Counted from the stretch's first letter, positions 12,965 to 25,538 are shown. The stretch is 64,000 nt of DNA from Octopus sinensis (GCF_006345805.1 NC_043004.1:103726001-103790000), one strand, 5' to 3'. Notes: generated from the sequence alone by a model not told the origin. Made by a program: numbers and translations.

Positions 12965-13720
12965 TGTGTGTGTGTATAAACAAGGAAAAACTTTTATTTT
13001 TCACTCCCTTCGAAATTGCTCTTAAATGTGGTTTTGGTCGTTTTCACTGCGACTTCTAGTAAGTAAGGCTGTCTGTTAAGGGTCGCCTCTTTTTGTGTTT
13101 AAATGTACACTAATTACACACACACACACAACACACAACACACACACACACACACACACACACATACGCACACACACAAAGATTGTGTCACTTTTACAAA
13201 GCTTACTTCTATGTGTGAAATGCAAGGGGAACATGTGTTCTGGAACGTGTAGCCTGCAGACTGGCATCAGAGGCACTTTTGGTTTTGAACGTCGATCAAG
13301 CTTTGAAGCTAGGAAGAGTTAGTAGATGAAAAAATGGGATAGAACACGGGCTAAATTATTTAAAATCCGTTCTACAATGTTTTCGTTTTGTATTTGAAAT
13401 CAACTCACAACGAAGATACCGTTTTAAAGGAAGTACACAATGGTTATTTTGTAATTAGATTTTTTAAAAATCGGTTTCCCACACCGGATCTAATTTCTTT
13501 TCTTTTTCTTTTTCATATTGAAAATTTCTACAGAAAGGTAGTTTTTATGTTAATTACAAAAATCATAACCATTTTTTTTGGAAAGATTAAAAATAAAGAA
13601 ATTACGAACCTTTTAAAAGTTGATAGGTTGGGAATTTTAGCCAATTAGATTCGGCAATTTTCCACACGACGGAAGCTGGAATTGGTTAATCTTAATATAC
13701 TTTTGTTTTTGGAAATACGT

Positions 13721-13913
13721 TCGCCTCCCAATTTTTTGTTTTTATTTCTCTTTCGTTATGTTGTGAGGAATAAAAAAAATTTAAATGTAGGAGTGGCTGT
13801 GTGGTAAGTAGCTAGCTAACCAACCACATGGTTCCGGGTTCTGCTATAGCCCCGGGCCGACCAATGCCTTGTGAGTGGATTTGGTAGACAGAAACTGAAA
13901 GAAGCCTGTCGTA

Positions 13914-13978
<65 letters not shown>

Positions 13979-14565
13979 ATATTATATATATATGTGTGTG
14001 TGTGTGTGTGTATGTGTTTGTTGTCTGTGTTTGTCCAATAGCATTGCTTGACAACCGATGCTGGTGTGTTTACGTCCCCGTCACTTAGCGGTTCGGCAAA
14101 AAGAGAGCGATAGAATAAGTACTGGGCTTACAAAGAATAAGTCCCGGAGTCGATTTGCTCGACTAAAAGGCGGTGCTCCAGCATGGCCGCAGTCAAATGA
14201 CTGAAACAAGTAAAGAGTATAGTTTTTTTTAAAAGACGAAGAATATTTAGTGGAAATGAAATGAATAAAACTTACAGCAATAACAACGATGATGACGACG
14301 ACAACAACAACAGCAACAACGATAATAATAATCCTCTCTACTGAAGGCACAAGGCCTGAAATTTTGGGGAGGGGACTAATCAATTATATCGACCCCCAGT
14401 GTTGCACTGGTATTTATTTTATCGACCCCGAAAGGATGAGAGGGAAAGTCGACCTCAGTGGAATTTGAACTCAGAAATTGAACGTAGCGACAGACGAAAT
14501 ACTGCTAAGCGTTTCGCCCGGCGTGCTAACTATTCAGCCAGCTCGCTGCCTTAATAATAATAATA
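13721..14565. repeat. Local duplication, copy 2, interrupted by SINE-A
   Basis: Same block as 10614-11000 with SINE-A inserted at 13787-14219. Confidence 0.88.
13787..14219 (+). mobile_element. SINE-A with a short internal deletion
   Basis: Head, TA/TG spacer and tail ending in ctgaaacaagtaaagagt. Confidence 0.9.
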
Positions 14566-15858
14566 ATGATAATAATAATAATAATAATAGTAATAATAAT
14601 AATAGTAATAACAATTTCTTGTGAATGAATTTGGTAAAGGGAAAACTGTGAAGAAACCTGCCGTATATATATATATGTATATATTTATCTTCTTTGTATT
14701 ATATATTTTTGCACCATCTATGTATACACGTATGTGTGTGTGTAAGTACATATATATGCATGTATGTATATATGTATGTATGTATATTTGTGTGTGTGTG
14801 TGTGTTGTGTGTGTGTGTGTGTGTGTGTGCGTGCGTGTGTGTTTGTTTGTATTTGTTGCCCTTCGGTTTCATAAACAGTGTTTACTTGTTTACGTTTCTG
14901 TAGCCTTGTGGTTTGGCAAAAAGCTCGATAGAATAAGATCAGACTTGCGTGGGCTGGTGGCGAAATAGTGAAGTTGATTTATTCAACTAAAACTCGCCAA
15001 GCATGGACATAGTCAATAACTGAAACAAGTATAAAATAAAAGGTAAAAGAAGAAAATAAGACAGCGTTTCTAGGCAATCTTAACAACAGGCATGATGTAA
15101 TGTCCTCATAACAAAACGTTAAAGTAACTTAACAATGCCTTTACAATATATAACGGACAGTGACCTACTGCTAAGATTGCATTAATTCTATGCAGGTATT
15201 TAATGAGGTGGCTGTATTGTACCACAAGATCAGGAAGCAATTATATACTTGTTTATGCTACAACTGACGGTATTAGCACATGACATGAATCTATTATAAT
15301 AATTTGATATCTGGGACTTGGATCATGATTTATTCTAGAATTTCGGTTACCAACAAAACGAGTTTCTTTTATACTACTTGAAATATTTCTTTCGCTATAA
15401 TATGCATGCAGGAGTGGCTGTGTGGTAAGTAGCTTGCTTACCAACCACATGGTTCTGGATTCAGTCCCACTGCGTGGCACCTTGGGCAAGTGTCTTCTAC
15501 TATAGCCTTGTGAGTGGGTTTGGTAGATGGAAACTGCTCCTATTGATAAAAGGTAATGAAAATGTGTTACAATAGTATAGGTATCATGGAGCGAACTACT
15601 ACAGGATACTCCCTTCATCAGCTGTCAACCGGAGATCACAATGATTTCGGTACCATTGGATTGTTTCACTCTCTTAATTGGTGCCAAGCACCTTTGATGC
15701 TCTGAAGGAATAGCCAAGTTCTTTCAGCCCATGTTTACCTTGCTCTTTCCTTTGTCATCTATGCAGCAATTACATCAAATTAAGTGCAGCTGTACTCAAT
15801 CCAATCAGCTGTAACTCTTATGCTTATCTAGTCGCAGAGAATTTGCGTTTTACTATGG

Positions 15859-16284
15859 GGATCTTTTCGGTTTGAACGGCAGTTTTTAAAAATAATTTCC
15901 ACGTAGCTAAACACTTTTAAACTTCGTATACTGGTAGAATGTGTTTATAAAACATCTTTTTCTCTTGGATTTATTGAGAAAATTCTATAGTTTGTAAGAT
16001 ATTTGTTGTTGTTTTTTCTTCAATTTCAACCAATCAATGACGTCTATTGAGGTGAAAAACATTCTGTGTCGTATGAATATGTCCCTCGTTTAAGAAACAG
16101 ATTGGGTTTATTTACATTTGTGAAGAAAAAAAGATATCCTTCCCCCCACCCCTAATCGTAACCCTAACTAACCCTAACCCTAAAACAGATTGAAATGCAA
16201 TAGATCGATACTAGGGTCATAATTATGGGTGATAATTTCATATGACACCGCTAGAAAAAACTGCCGTTCAAACCGAAAAGATCC
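15859..16284. mobile_element. Merlin-like MITE (426 bp)
   Basis: 28-bp perfect TIRs GGATCTTTTCGGTTTGAACGGCAGTTTT and a perfect 8-bp TSD TACTATGG (15851-15858, 16285-16292). GG termini with an 8-bp TSD fit the Merlin superfamily; hAT is an alternative. Confidence 0.85.
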
Positions 16285-16576
16285 TACTATGGTCTTTCAT
16301 TCACACATGTCTGCTAAAGCCGTGTTGAAGCATCTTCTGCCTCTCTTTCTTGTTGACAAACCAATATTCTGCGGTTCTTCCAATGTCAAATGTTATCCAT
16401 TGCGGATCTAGCTAAAAACTCACATCTTATTTCTATTTCACGCATCTTATACGGTCATACTCGCGCATCACACTATTCCCGACATTCTTCATATTCAACG
16501 TTCCTTCTTCTACGACACACCACGAATATCACCAACTCAAAGATGAGATCTATTTTTTTCTGTACATGAAAAGTAT

Positions 16577-16622
<46 letters not shown>

Positions 16623-16859
16623 ATATATATAAATATATGTATATATATAAATACACACACACATGTATTTGTGCACATTAATATATGTGTATGTATGTAT
16701 GAACATACGTATATATATATGTGTGTGTGTGTATATGTGTTTGTGTGTGCCTATTATATATATGTGTGTGTGTGTCTATCATATATATATATATATATAA
16801 ACAAAGTCAAATGCGATACAATAAAATTAATATATATATATATATACGTATTCACGCAC

Positions 16860-16901
<42 letters not shown>

Positions 16902-17029
16902 GCAAACATGTATTTATATATATGACCAGCAGCCAGTATCAATTCTCGTTCGTTTCTTCTAGAGATTCTAGAGATGCAGGATTGTCACATTTCCCGCCTT
17001 TACGTAACCACACACACACACACTTTCTC

Positions 17030-17477
17030 TCTATGTATGTATGTATGTATGTACGTATGTATGTATGTATGTATGTATGTATGTATGTATGTATGTATGT
17101 ATGTATGTATGTATGTAGGTATGTATGTATGTGTAGTATGTATGTATGTATGTACGTACGTATGTATGTATGTATGTATGTATGTAGGTAGGTATGTATG
17201 TATGTACGTACGTATGTATGTATGTATGTATGTAGGTATGTATGTATGTACGTACGTATGTATGTATGTATGTATGTATGTACGTACGTACGTATGTATG
17301 TATGTATGTAGGTATGTATGTACGTACGTACGTATGTATGTATGTATGTATGTATGTATGTTAGTATGTATGTACGTACGTACGTATGTATGTATGTATG
17401 TATGTATGTATGTATGTATGTATGTATGTATGTACGTACGTATGTATGTATGTATGTAGGTATGTATGTATGTACGT
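17030..17477. repeat. (TATG)n microsatellite with TACG/TAGG variants running into the gap
   Basis: Directly visible. Confidence 0.97.
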
Positions 17478-17577
17478 NNNNNNNNNNNNNNNNNNNNNNN
17501 NNNNNNNNNNNNNNNNNNNNNNNNNNNNNNNNNNNNNNNNNNNNNNNNNNNNNNNNNNNNNNNNNNNNNNNNNNNNN
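17478..17577. other. Assembly gap (100 N)
   Basis: Run of exactly 100 N. Contiguity and spacing across it are not guaranteed. Confidence 0.99.
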
Positions 17578-18244
17578 TTCATAAGCTCATGAGTATCCTA
17601 GGATCTGGTTTATCTTGGCACACCCATGGTAACTATATCAAAATGGCACTACTCACGTGAGATATTTTGTATCACTTACTTGTTTCAGTCATTAGACTAC
17701 GGCACTCTACATCTGCTGTCAACTGGATGTCATGGCGATTTTGGCACCTCCGACAGTATTGCTAGCTCCTTTGTGCCAGTAACTTTTTTTTTAAATGCTG
17801 TAAATGAAGTAGTAAAGACAAGACGACAACAAAGATACGAAGAACTGGGTGAAATGAAACGCCTGACAGTGTCTTTTTATTATCAAGAGACTTGGCAATA
17901 CGAAGGATGACAAAAATTTGCAAAGAGTACACAGATCTCAGTGAACACAAATGATACAAAAACATTTAGGCTTTTTGGCGATTGAAACAAGCAAAACAAG
18001 GGACGTGATGTGCGTAGTGTCAAAGATATCAAGCTGACAATCTACACAGAAAACGGTATGACTTAAGGTCTTTTAACCGAAATAACTGAAAGAGCAGTGT
18101 GACATGGGCACAAAAGTAACGCTGAGCAAAGTAAATCATTCGGACAAATGGCCTTTGAACAAAAAAAAAATTTGGAGGAGTAACAGAGAATGAAATGATC
18201 ATGACGTAATGCCAAATGGTAAATGCAAAAAGAATGGAAACATA

Positions 18245-18409
18245 TAGGCATAGGAGTGGTTGTGTGGTAAGTAGCTTGCTTACGAACCACATGGTTCCGG
18301 GTTCAGTCCCACTGCGTGGCACCTTGGGCAAGTGTCTTCTACTATAGTCTCGGGCCGACCAAAGCCTTGTGAGTGGATTTGGTAGATGGAAACCGAAAGA
18401 AGCCCGTCG

Positions 18410-18454
<45 letters not shown>

Positions 18455-18680
18455 GTGTGTATGTATATGTTTGTGTGTCTGTGTTTGTCCTCCCAACATC
18501 GCTTGACAACCGATGCTGGTGTGTTTAGGTCCCCGTAACTTAGCGGTTCGGTAAAAGGAACAGATAGAATATGTACTAGGCTTACAAAGACTAAGTCCTG
18601 GGGTCGATTTGCTCGACTGAATGTGGTGCTCCAGCATGGCCACAGTCAAATGACTGAAACAAGTAAAAGAGTAAAAGAGT
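18245..18680 (+). mobile_element. SINE-A, full length
   Basis: All modules present, with an (aaaagagt)n tail. Confidence 0.92.
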
Positions 18681-19263
18681 ATGCATGAGAGGAAGTGGAA
18701 TGACGGTAAAGCAGAATGGCATTCTGGGAAGATATGTGGAGAGCAAGGAAGGAGAAACAGCGCAAGTAAGACAGTGAGAAAGAGAAAGAAAAAATGAAGA
18801 GCAGAACAGATGGAGAGAGGAGTAAGTGTGAGAAAGAGTGAGAGTGAGAGAGTGAGAAGTAGAGAGAGGGAGAGTGAGTGATAGGGAGCAAGAGAAAGAG
18901 GGAGAGGAGGAGACAGAGAAAGAATGAGAGTGAGAGTCAGAGAAGGAGAGAAGTAGGGATGCAGAGAAGAATAGGAGAAAAGAAAATAAGTCGTAAGGAA
19001 AGATAGACAAAAAGATTGAGAAAGAAAAGAGAGGACAAAGTAGAGAGAGGGGGAGAGAAAGAGGGAGGGAGAAGGGGAGGCCGAAAGAGGATGAAAGGGA
19101 GAGAGAGAGACGTCGTAGAGAGAAAAGATGAGTAAATAGTGTCAATGTAGGAGTTAGAAGTAGGGCGTTAGAACCAAATTCGAAGTAAAAACATGAGCAA
19201 AGAACACATAAAAAACGTATAGACGTATATCTTTCGTAAACTTTGTATTGTTTTATCACATCA

Positions 19264-19617
19264 CTAGCACTATAATCCGGCAACGCCGGGTCATAATGCT
19301 AGTGCATGCATATACAGCTGCGTGCGTGCGCACATACACGCGAGTACTGTCCAAATCTCCGACCAATCACACATAGCTGGCATTCAATTGGCGTATCAAG
19401 TTTCGGGCATTTTGATTGGGTAGAAAATTCACAAAAAAGTCACTTCAATTGATTTTTAATGGCTTTGCGGGATTACTGGGCAAATGTAAAGATGTGCACG
19501 ACCACCCTTGGACGGTTTTGAATGACCATAGAAAGTGCGAGCCCTCTAACTGAAAACTTGTGGATTTGTATAAAGGACACACACACAGACATTTTGCCGT
19601 TTATATATAGAGAGAGA
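19264..19617 (-). mobile_element. Non-autonomous mini-Helitron (354 bp)
   Basis: On the minus strand it starts A|TCTCTCTATATATAAA...tgtctgtgtg and ends with the hairpin CCGGC-gtt-GCCGG followed by ...GCTAG|T. This fits Helitron TC...CTRR ends and an A|T target. Confidence 0.75.
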
Positions 19618-20303
19618 TACTATACACACAGTATTCTGCCTTTTGCTTATTTCAATTCTTGACCATTCTTACCCTTCTTGAACCTCCTTACTTTCTATAA
19701 TGCATCATCTCTTTGCATCATTTTCATTAAAATTACTTGTACCAACAGCCCTAGTAGTTCTGTCGTAGGTGCCGAAACCGCAGTGACAACAGCAAATTTA
19801 GAGAGTTCTCTGACGTCTGCTCCTGTCCTCTATAAGTTTTGGTATTCTTTTGTACATAGTTTTTAAAAACATATATACATGTGTATGTGTATGTGTGTAT
19901 GCATGGTTGTGTGTATATAGATACTCAATATAAAATAGTGTACATTTAAACACAAGAAAAACTGCCTTCAACAGGCAGTTTTTACACGCTAGAAGAAATA
20001 GTCAAAACGACCAAAACCACATTTAAGAGCAATCTTCAAAAGGAATGAAAAATAAAAACTTTTACCTTGTTATTTTATTCCGGTCAGAACTAGGTTTCAA
20101 AATTTTTTAGCAATTAAAATAATTTGCTAGGTGAATTTCTCATCAGTGACCGCGTCATAACGCTAACATAAATTAAGAGACGAATAACACGTGTCTCATT
20201 GTGAGACATTATAAATTTTCAAATTCACCGCGCAAGCGCAGTTTCAGTCGGTAGTAAATGAATAAATGCCGAACTAATGTTTTAAAAATTGCTAAAAACA
20301 TAT

Positions 20304-20707
20304 ACGTAAAATATAGGGTAGTGAATTTTTTTAGAAATTTCACTACCAGTGGCCTAGCATGTCTAAAAAGTCAATAGACAACATAGGCTCAATATAGAAT
20401 AGCGTACATTTAAACACAAGAGAAAACTGCCTTCAACAGGCAGTTTTAATACGCTAGAAAACTTTTACCTTGTTATTTTATTCCGGTCAGACCTAGGTTT
20501 CAAAATTTTTTTAGCAAATAAAATAATTTGCTAGGCGAAATTTAACTACTTCTTCTAGCACGTAAAAACTGCCTGTTGAAGGCAGTTTTCTGTGTTTAAA
20601 TGTACACTATTTTATATTGAGAATATGTTGTCTATTGACTTTTTATACATGCTAGGCCACTGGTAGTGAAATTTCTAAAAGAAAACTCACTACCCCATTT
20701 TTTACGT
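20304..20707. mobile_element. Foldback element with ~155-bp inverted arms and nested hairpins
   Basis: 20304-20459 is the reverse complement of 20553-20707, with a ~93-bp spacer. Partial copies lie at 19921-20125 and 12985-13110. Confidence 0.82.
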
Positions 20708-20712
20708 TATAT

Positions 20713-20774
<62 letters not shown>

Positions 20775-20777
<3 letters not shown>

Positions 20778-21181
20778 TCTTTTACTCTTTTAATTGTATC
20801 AGTCATTGGACTGCGACCATGCTGGAGCACCGCCTTTAATCGAGCAACTCGACCCCGGGACTTATTCTTTTCTAAGCCCGGTACTTATTCTATCGGTCTC
20901 TTTTGCCGAACCGCTAAGTAACGGGGACATAAACACACCAGCATCAGTTGTCAAGCAATGCTAGGGGACAAACACAGACGCACAAACACACACACGCATA
21001 TATATATACATATATACGACGGGCTTCTTTCAGTTTCCGTCTACCAAATCCACTCACAAGGCTTTGGTCGGCCCGAGACTATAGTAGAAGACACTTGCCC
21101 AAGGTGCCACGCAGTGGGACTGAACCCGGAACCATGTGGTTTGTAAACAAGCTACTTACCACACAGCCACTCCTGCGCCTA
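20775..21181 (-). mobile_element. SINE-A, full length
   Basis: All modules present. Confidence 0.92.
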
Positions 21182-21182
21182 T

Positions 21183-21596
21183 TACTCTTTTTACTCTTTT
21201 ACTCTTTTACTTGTTTCAGTCACTTGACTGCGGCCATGCTGGAGCACCGCCTTTAGTCGAGCAAATCGACCCCGGACTTATTCTTTGTAAGCCCAGTACT
21301 TATTCTATCGGTCTCTTTCGCCGACCGCTAAGTGACGGGGACGTAACACACCAGCATCGGTTGTCAAGCAATGCTAGAGGGACAAACCAGACACACAAAC
21401 ACACATACACATATATATATATATACATATATACGACAGGCTTCTCTCAGTTTCCGTCTACCAAATCCACTCACAAGGCATTGGTCGGCCCGGGGCTATA
21501 GCAGAAGACACTTGCCCAATTCCACGCAGTGGGACTGAACCCGGAACCATGTGGTTGGTTAGCAAGCTACTTACCACACAGCCACTCCTGCGCCTA
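21183..21596 (-). mobile_element. SINE-A, full length, directly adjacent to the previous copy
   Basis: All modules present. Separated from the 20775-21181 copy by about 1 nt. Confidence 0.92.
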
Positions 21597-21601
21597 TATA
21601 T

Positions 21602-21650
<49 letters not shown>

Positions 21651-21910
21651 TTCTACATAAAGTATACATGCCTCAATATACATATATCTGTGTATGTATA
21701 TATATAAGCATACGCACATGCACACAAACATACATACTTACATACTAACATACATACATACGTATGTACATACATATTAATGCTTGTACGTGTGTGCATC
21801 TCCTTAATATTTGCAATTCTATACTTTCTAGTTATCTAAATTTTCTCTGTCTGGAATACACACACACACACATACATACACATACATGTATATACATACA
21901 TACACACACA

Positions 21911-21951
<41 letters not shown>

Positions 21952-22081
21952 TTTTTTTTCTAGGTCTGCTACATACTCCATCGGTTCTATTAGGCGAACC
22001 ACTAGATTACTGTGGCGTAAACGATCGAACGCTGGTTGTCAAGTTATGGTGGAGGACAAACTCAACACACACAACACACAC

Positions 22082-22150
<69 letters not shown>

Positions 22151-22280
22151 CATACACTCACACATAAGTTAGTGAACACACGTAGACAGTTTTGTTTTGG
22201 GATGGGTGACGACAAATGACTATACAAATACATACATAGATACATACATACATACATAGGCACAGGAGAGGCTGTGTAGA

Positions 22281-22626
22281 TAGGCGCAGGAGTGGCTGTG
22301 TGGTAAGTAGCTTGCTTACCTACCACATGGTTCGGGGTTCAGTGGCTTCCATTATAGCCTCAGGCCGACCAAAGCCTTGGTAGACAGTAACTGTGTGTGT
22401 GTATGTGTGTATGTGTGTGTGTCTGTATTTGTTCCCCCACCATTGCTTGACAACCGATGCTGGTGTGTTTACGTCCCTGTAAACTAGCGGTTCGGCATAA
22501 GAGAACGATAGAATAATTACTAGGCTTACAAAAAAATAGTCGTCCTGGGGTCGATTTGCTCGACTAAATGTGGTGCTCCAACATGGCCGCAGTGAAACGA
22601 CTGAAACAAATAAAAGAATAAAGAAT
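22281..22626 (+). mobile_element. SINE-A, internally deleted
   Basis: Head taggcgcaggagtggctgtgtggtaag (with a short upstream duplicate) and tail ctgaaacaaataaaagaat. Confidence 0.85.
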
Positions 22627-22731
22627 GCATACATAAACATATAAATATATGCACACACGTACACACCACACGCACACAGATGGATAGATAGATTGACATC
22701 CACAAAGAGAGACATCTTAAAAGCGATGCCG

Positions 22732-22790
<59 letters not shown>

Positions 22791-22897
22791 TCACACACAG
22801 ACATATATATAGATATATAGATAGATAGATCAATAGATAGATAGATGGATAGATAGATTGACAACCACAAAGAGAGGCAGATCTTAAAAGCGATGCC

Positions 22898-22974
<77 letters not shown>

Positions 22975-22983
22975 ATATACACT

Positions 22984-23051
<68 letters not shown>

Positions 23052-23493
23052 TACATATGTATGCACACACATACACACACATATATAGACAGACAGACAG
23101 ATAGATAGATAGATAAATTGACAACCACAAAGAGAGACAGCTTATATGTGTGTGTGTGTGTGTGTTTATACTCACACATACATGCATGCATATATATATA
23201 TATATATATATATATGATGTAAGTATGCATGTATGTATGTATATATGTGTATAGATATCAGTTTTTTCCCTATGAAGTGTCCACATCAAAGGTGGGCAAA
23301 ATAAAAATAGAAAATGTTTTGCAAGAGAGATAAACATGCGTCCATTGCAACTATGACAGTCTGATTGACGTTGGAATTGTTTGAAGTCTTGGAATCTCTG
23401 GCTTCGTGGCTTGAAGTTTCACTGGAATATTTTCCACAAAGATGTGAAGAAAAGAGAAACTGTTACAAAAATAATTAGAGGCTATTCACTCAC

Positions 23494-23664
23494 GTCCACC
23501 ACATCAGGTCTCTTCGTTGGTGGTGGAGGTGTTGGTGTTGTTGTTGTTGTTGGTGGTGGTAGTGATGATATTGGCGATGGTGGTGCTGCTAGTGGTCTTG
23601 TTGGTAGTGGTTATGGTGGTTTGGTTGTTGTTGGTGATGGAGTTGTTGTTGTTGGTGGTGGTGG

Positions 23665-23695
<31 letters not shown>

Positions 23696-23985
23696 CGGTG
23701 GCGGTGCTGGTGTTGGTGGTGATGGTGACGGTGATGGTGGCAATTATGGTACTGCTAGTGGTTTTGTTGGTATTGGTGATGGTGGTTTTCGGTGGTGGTG
23801 GTGGTGATGGTGGTGGTGATGGTGGTGGTGGTGGTGGTGGTGGTGGGTGATGATGGCGGTGGTAGTGAAGGTGGTGATGATGGTATGTTTTGGTATTGGT
23901 AGTGATGATAGTGGTAATAATGGTGGCTGTAATGATGGTCGTCATCGTCATCGCCATCATCATCATCATCATCATCATCATCATA
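23494..23985. repeat. Degenerate (GGT/GTT/GAT)n low-complexity tract
   Basis: Trinucleotide-periodic tract that gives rise to several overlapping Gly/Val or Pro/Thr ORFs. Confidence 0.9.
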
Positions 23986-24046
23986 TTGTTTAGTCTCCGG
24001 TCAATTTCGTTTAAACAGACCTACGATCAACGGTACACGAGCACTG

Positions 24047-24276
24047 TGAAGGCGGCGAGCTGGCAGAATCGTTAGCACGTTGGGCGAAATGCTTAGCGGT
24101 ATTCCGGCTGCCGTAACGTTGTGAGTTCAAATTCCGCCGAGGTCGACTTTGCATTTCATCCTTTCGGGGTCGATAAATTAAGCACCAGTTACGCACTGGG
24201 GTCGATGTAATCGACTTAATACCTATGTTTGCCCCCTCTATGTTTGGCCCCTTGTGGGTAATAAAGAAATAGGCAT
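24047..24276 (+). mobile_element. SINE-B monomer with 10-bp TSD
   Basis: Full head ggcggcgagctggcagaatcg through tail aaagaaatag. ACGAGCACTG occurs at 24037 and 24277. Confidence 0.9.
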
Positions 24277-24430
24277 ACGAGCACTGACCATTCCACCATT
24301 TTTTCTTCAGCATCCAAAATGTAAATTCATCTTCAGAGTGGTGTCGACCTTGAAGTTTCTGGTTATTCGACTAACTCACAGACCAGCCTATGCGTTAAAT
24401 TCGCGTGTAAGTGGCCGAGTATCCCACAAG

Positions 24431-24854
24431 TACTCTCTTTACTCTTTTTACTCTTTTACTTGTTTCAGTCATTTGACTGTGGCCATGCTGGAGCACCGCC
24501 TTTAATCGAGAAAATCGACCCCGGGACTTATTCTTTTGTAAGCCCAGTACTTATTCTATCGGTCTCTTTTGCCGAACCGCTAAGTGACGGGGACGTAAAC
24601 ACACCAGCATCGGTTGTCAAGCAATGCTAGGGGGACAAACACAGACACACAAACACACACACATACATATATATATATATACATATATACGACGGGCTTC
24701 TTTCAGTTTCCGTCTACCAAATCCACTCACAAGGCATTGGTCGGCCCGGGGCTATAGCAGAAGACAGTTGCCCAAGATGCCACGCTGTGGGACTGAACCC
24801 GGAACCATGTGGTTGGTTAGCAAGCTACTTACCACACAGCCACTCCTGCGCCTA
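24431..24854 (-). mobile_element. SINE-A, full length, young
   Basis: Nearly identical to the copies at 21183 and 28359. Confidence 0.93.
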
Positions 24855-25250
24855 TGTACCATTAAAGTAATACTCGGGCAGAATTGGCATTATATGACAG
24901 GTGAAAAAGCAGGCCCCTTTAGATTACTGGTACAGTACATTCAACAGGCTTCCACTTAAATTTCACTCCTCATAACTGCCTAGTATCATGACATCTCCAC
25001 CTAGGCACTCCACGATTCGTTTGTCCCTTCTTATCTTTTCGGCTTTATTTGGAGTTCATCCCACCAAACAATTACCTCTATATGACCCCCTCTCGAACGC
25101 TCTGGGATTCCCTTCCAGCAATCATCGGTTTGCCATTATTCAAGAGAACGGAGTGAGACTATTAGGCGCGGCTGTTTCGACGCTGGTGATTTTGACATGA
25201 GATGACTGTATACAGAACATGTCTTTGCGAAAGTACTTTTTGGCACAGGA

Positions 25251-25290
<40 letters not shown>

Positions 25291-25538
25291 ACACACACAC
25301 ACATGCACGTACGCGCAGAAATATACACATACAGAGTAGAAACAAGTGGTGGGATAGGGGGAGGAAGAAGGGAGAGAGAGAAAGGTAGAGGACAGAAAGA
25401 GGGAGAAGTGGAAATAGAGGGAGAGAGGGAAAAAGAGGGAGAAGTGGAAGGAGAGAGGAAAAGAGAGAGAGAGGGAGAGAGAGAGGGAGAAAGGGAGAGA
25501 GAGAGGGAGAAAGGGAGAGAGAGAGGGGGAGAGAGAGG

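Noticed and set aside
16141-16185. True telomere or chromosome-fusion scar
   Set aside because: The repeats are few, degenerate and inside a TIR-bounded MITE.
17700-18230. Possible RTE-type LINE remnant
   Set aside because: Only a faint peptide resemblance, too decayed to support as a feature.
18591-19283. 230-aa ORF, the longest in the track
   Set aside because: It is the antisense reading of a GA-rich low-complexity tract plus a SINE tail, with Ser/Leu composition and no domain.
20948-21256. Recurring ORFs such as RRASFSFRLPNPLTR…HLPKVPRSGTEPGTMW at many loci
   Set aside because: They are antisense frames of the non-coding SINE-A. The recurrence reflects SINE copy number, not a gene family.
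24047-24140. tRNA genes suggested by A-box and B-box motifs
   Set aside because: All are SINE heads continuing into SINE bodies. None shows a complete cloverleaf with an acceptor stem.
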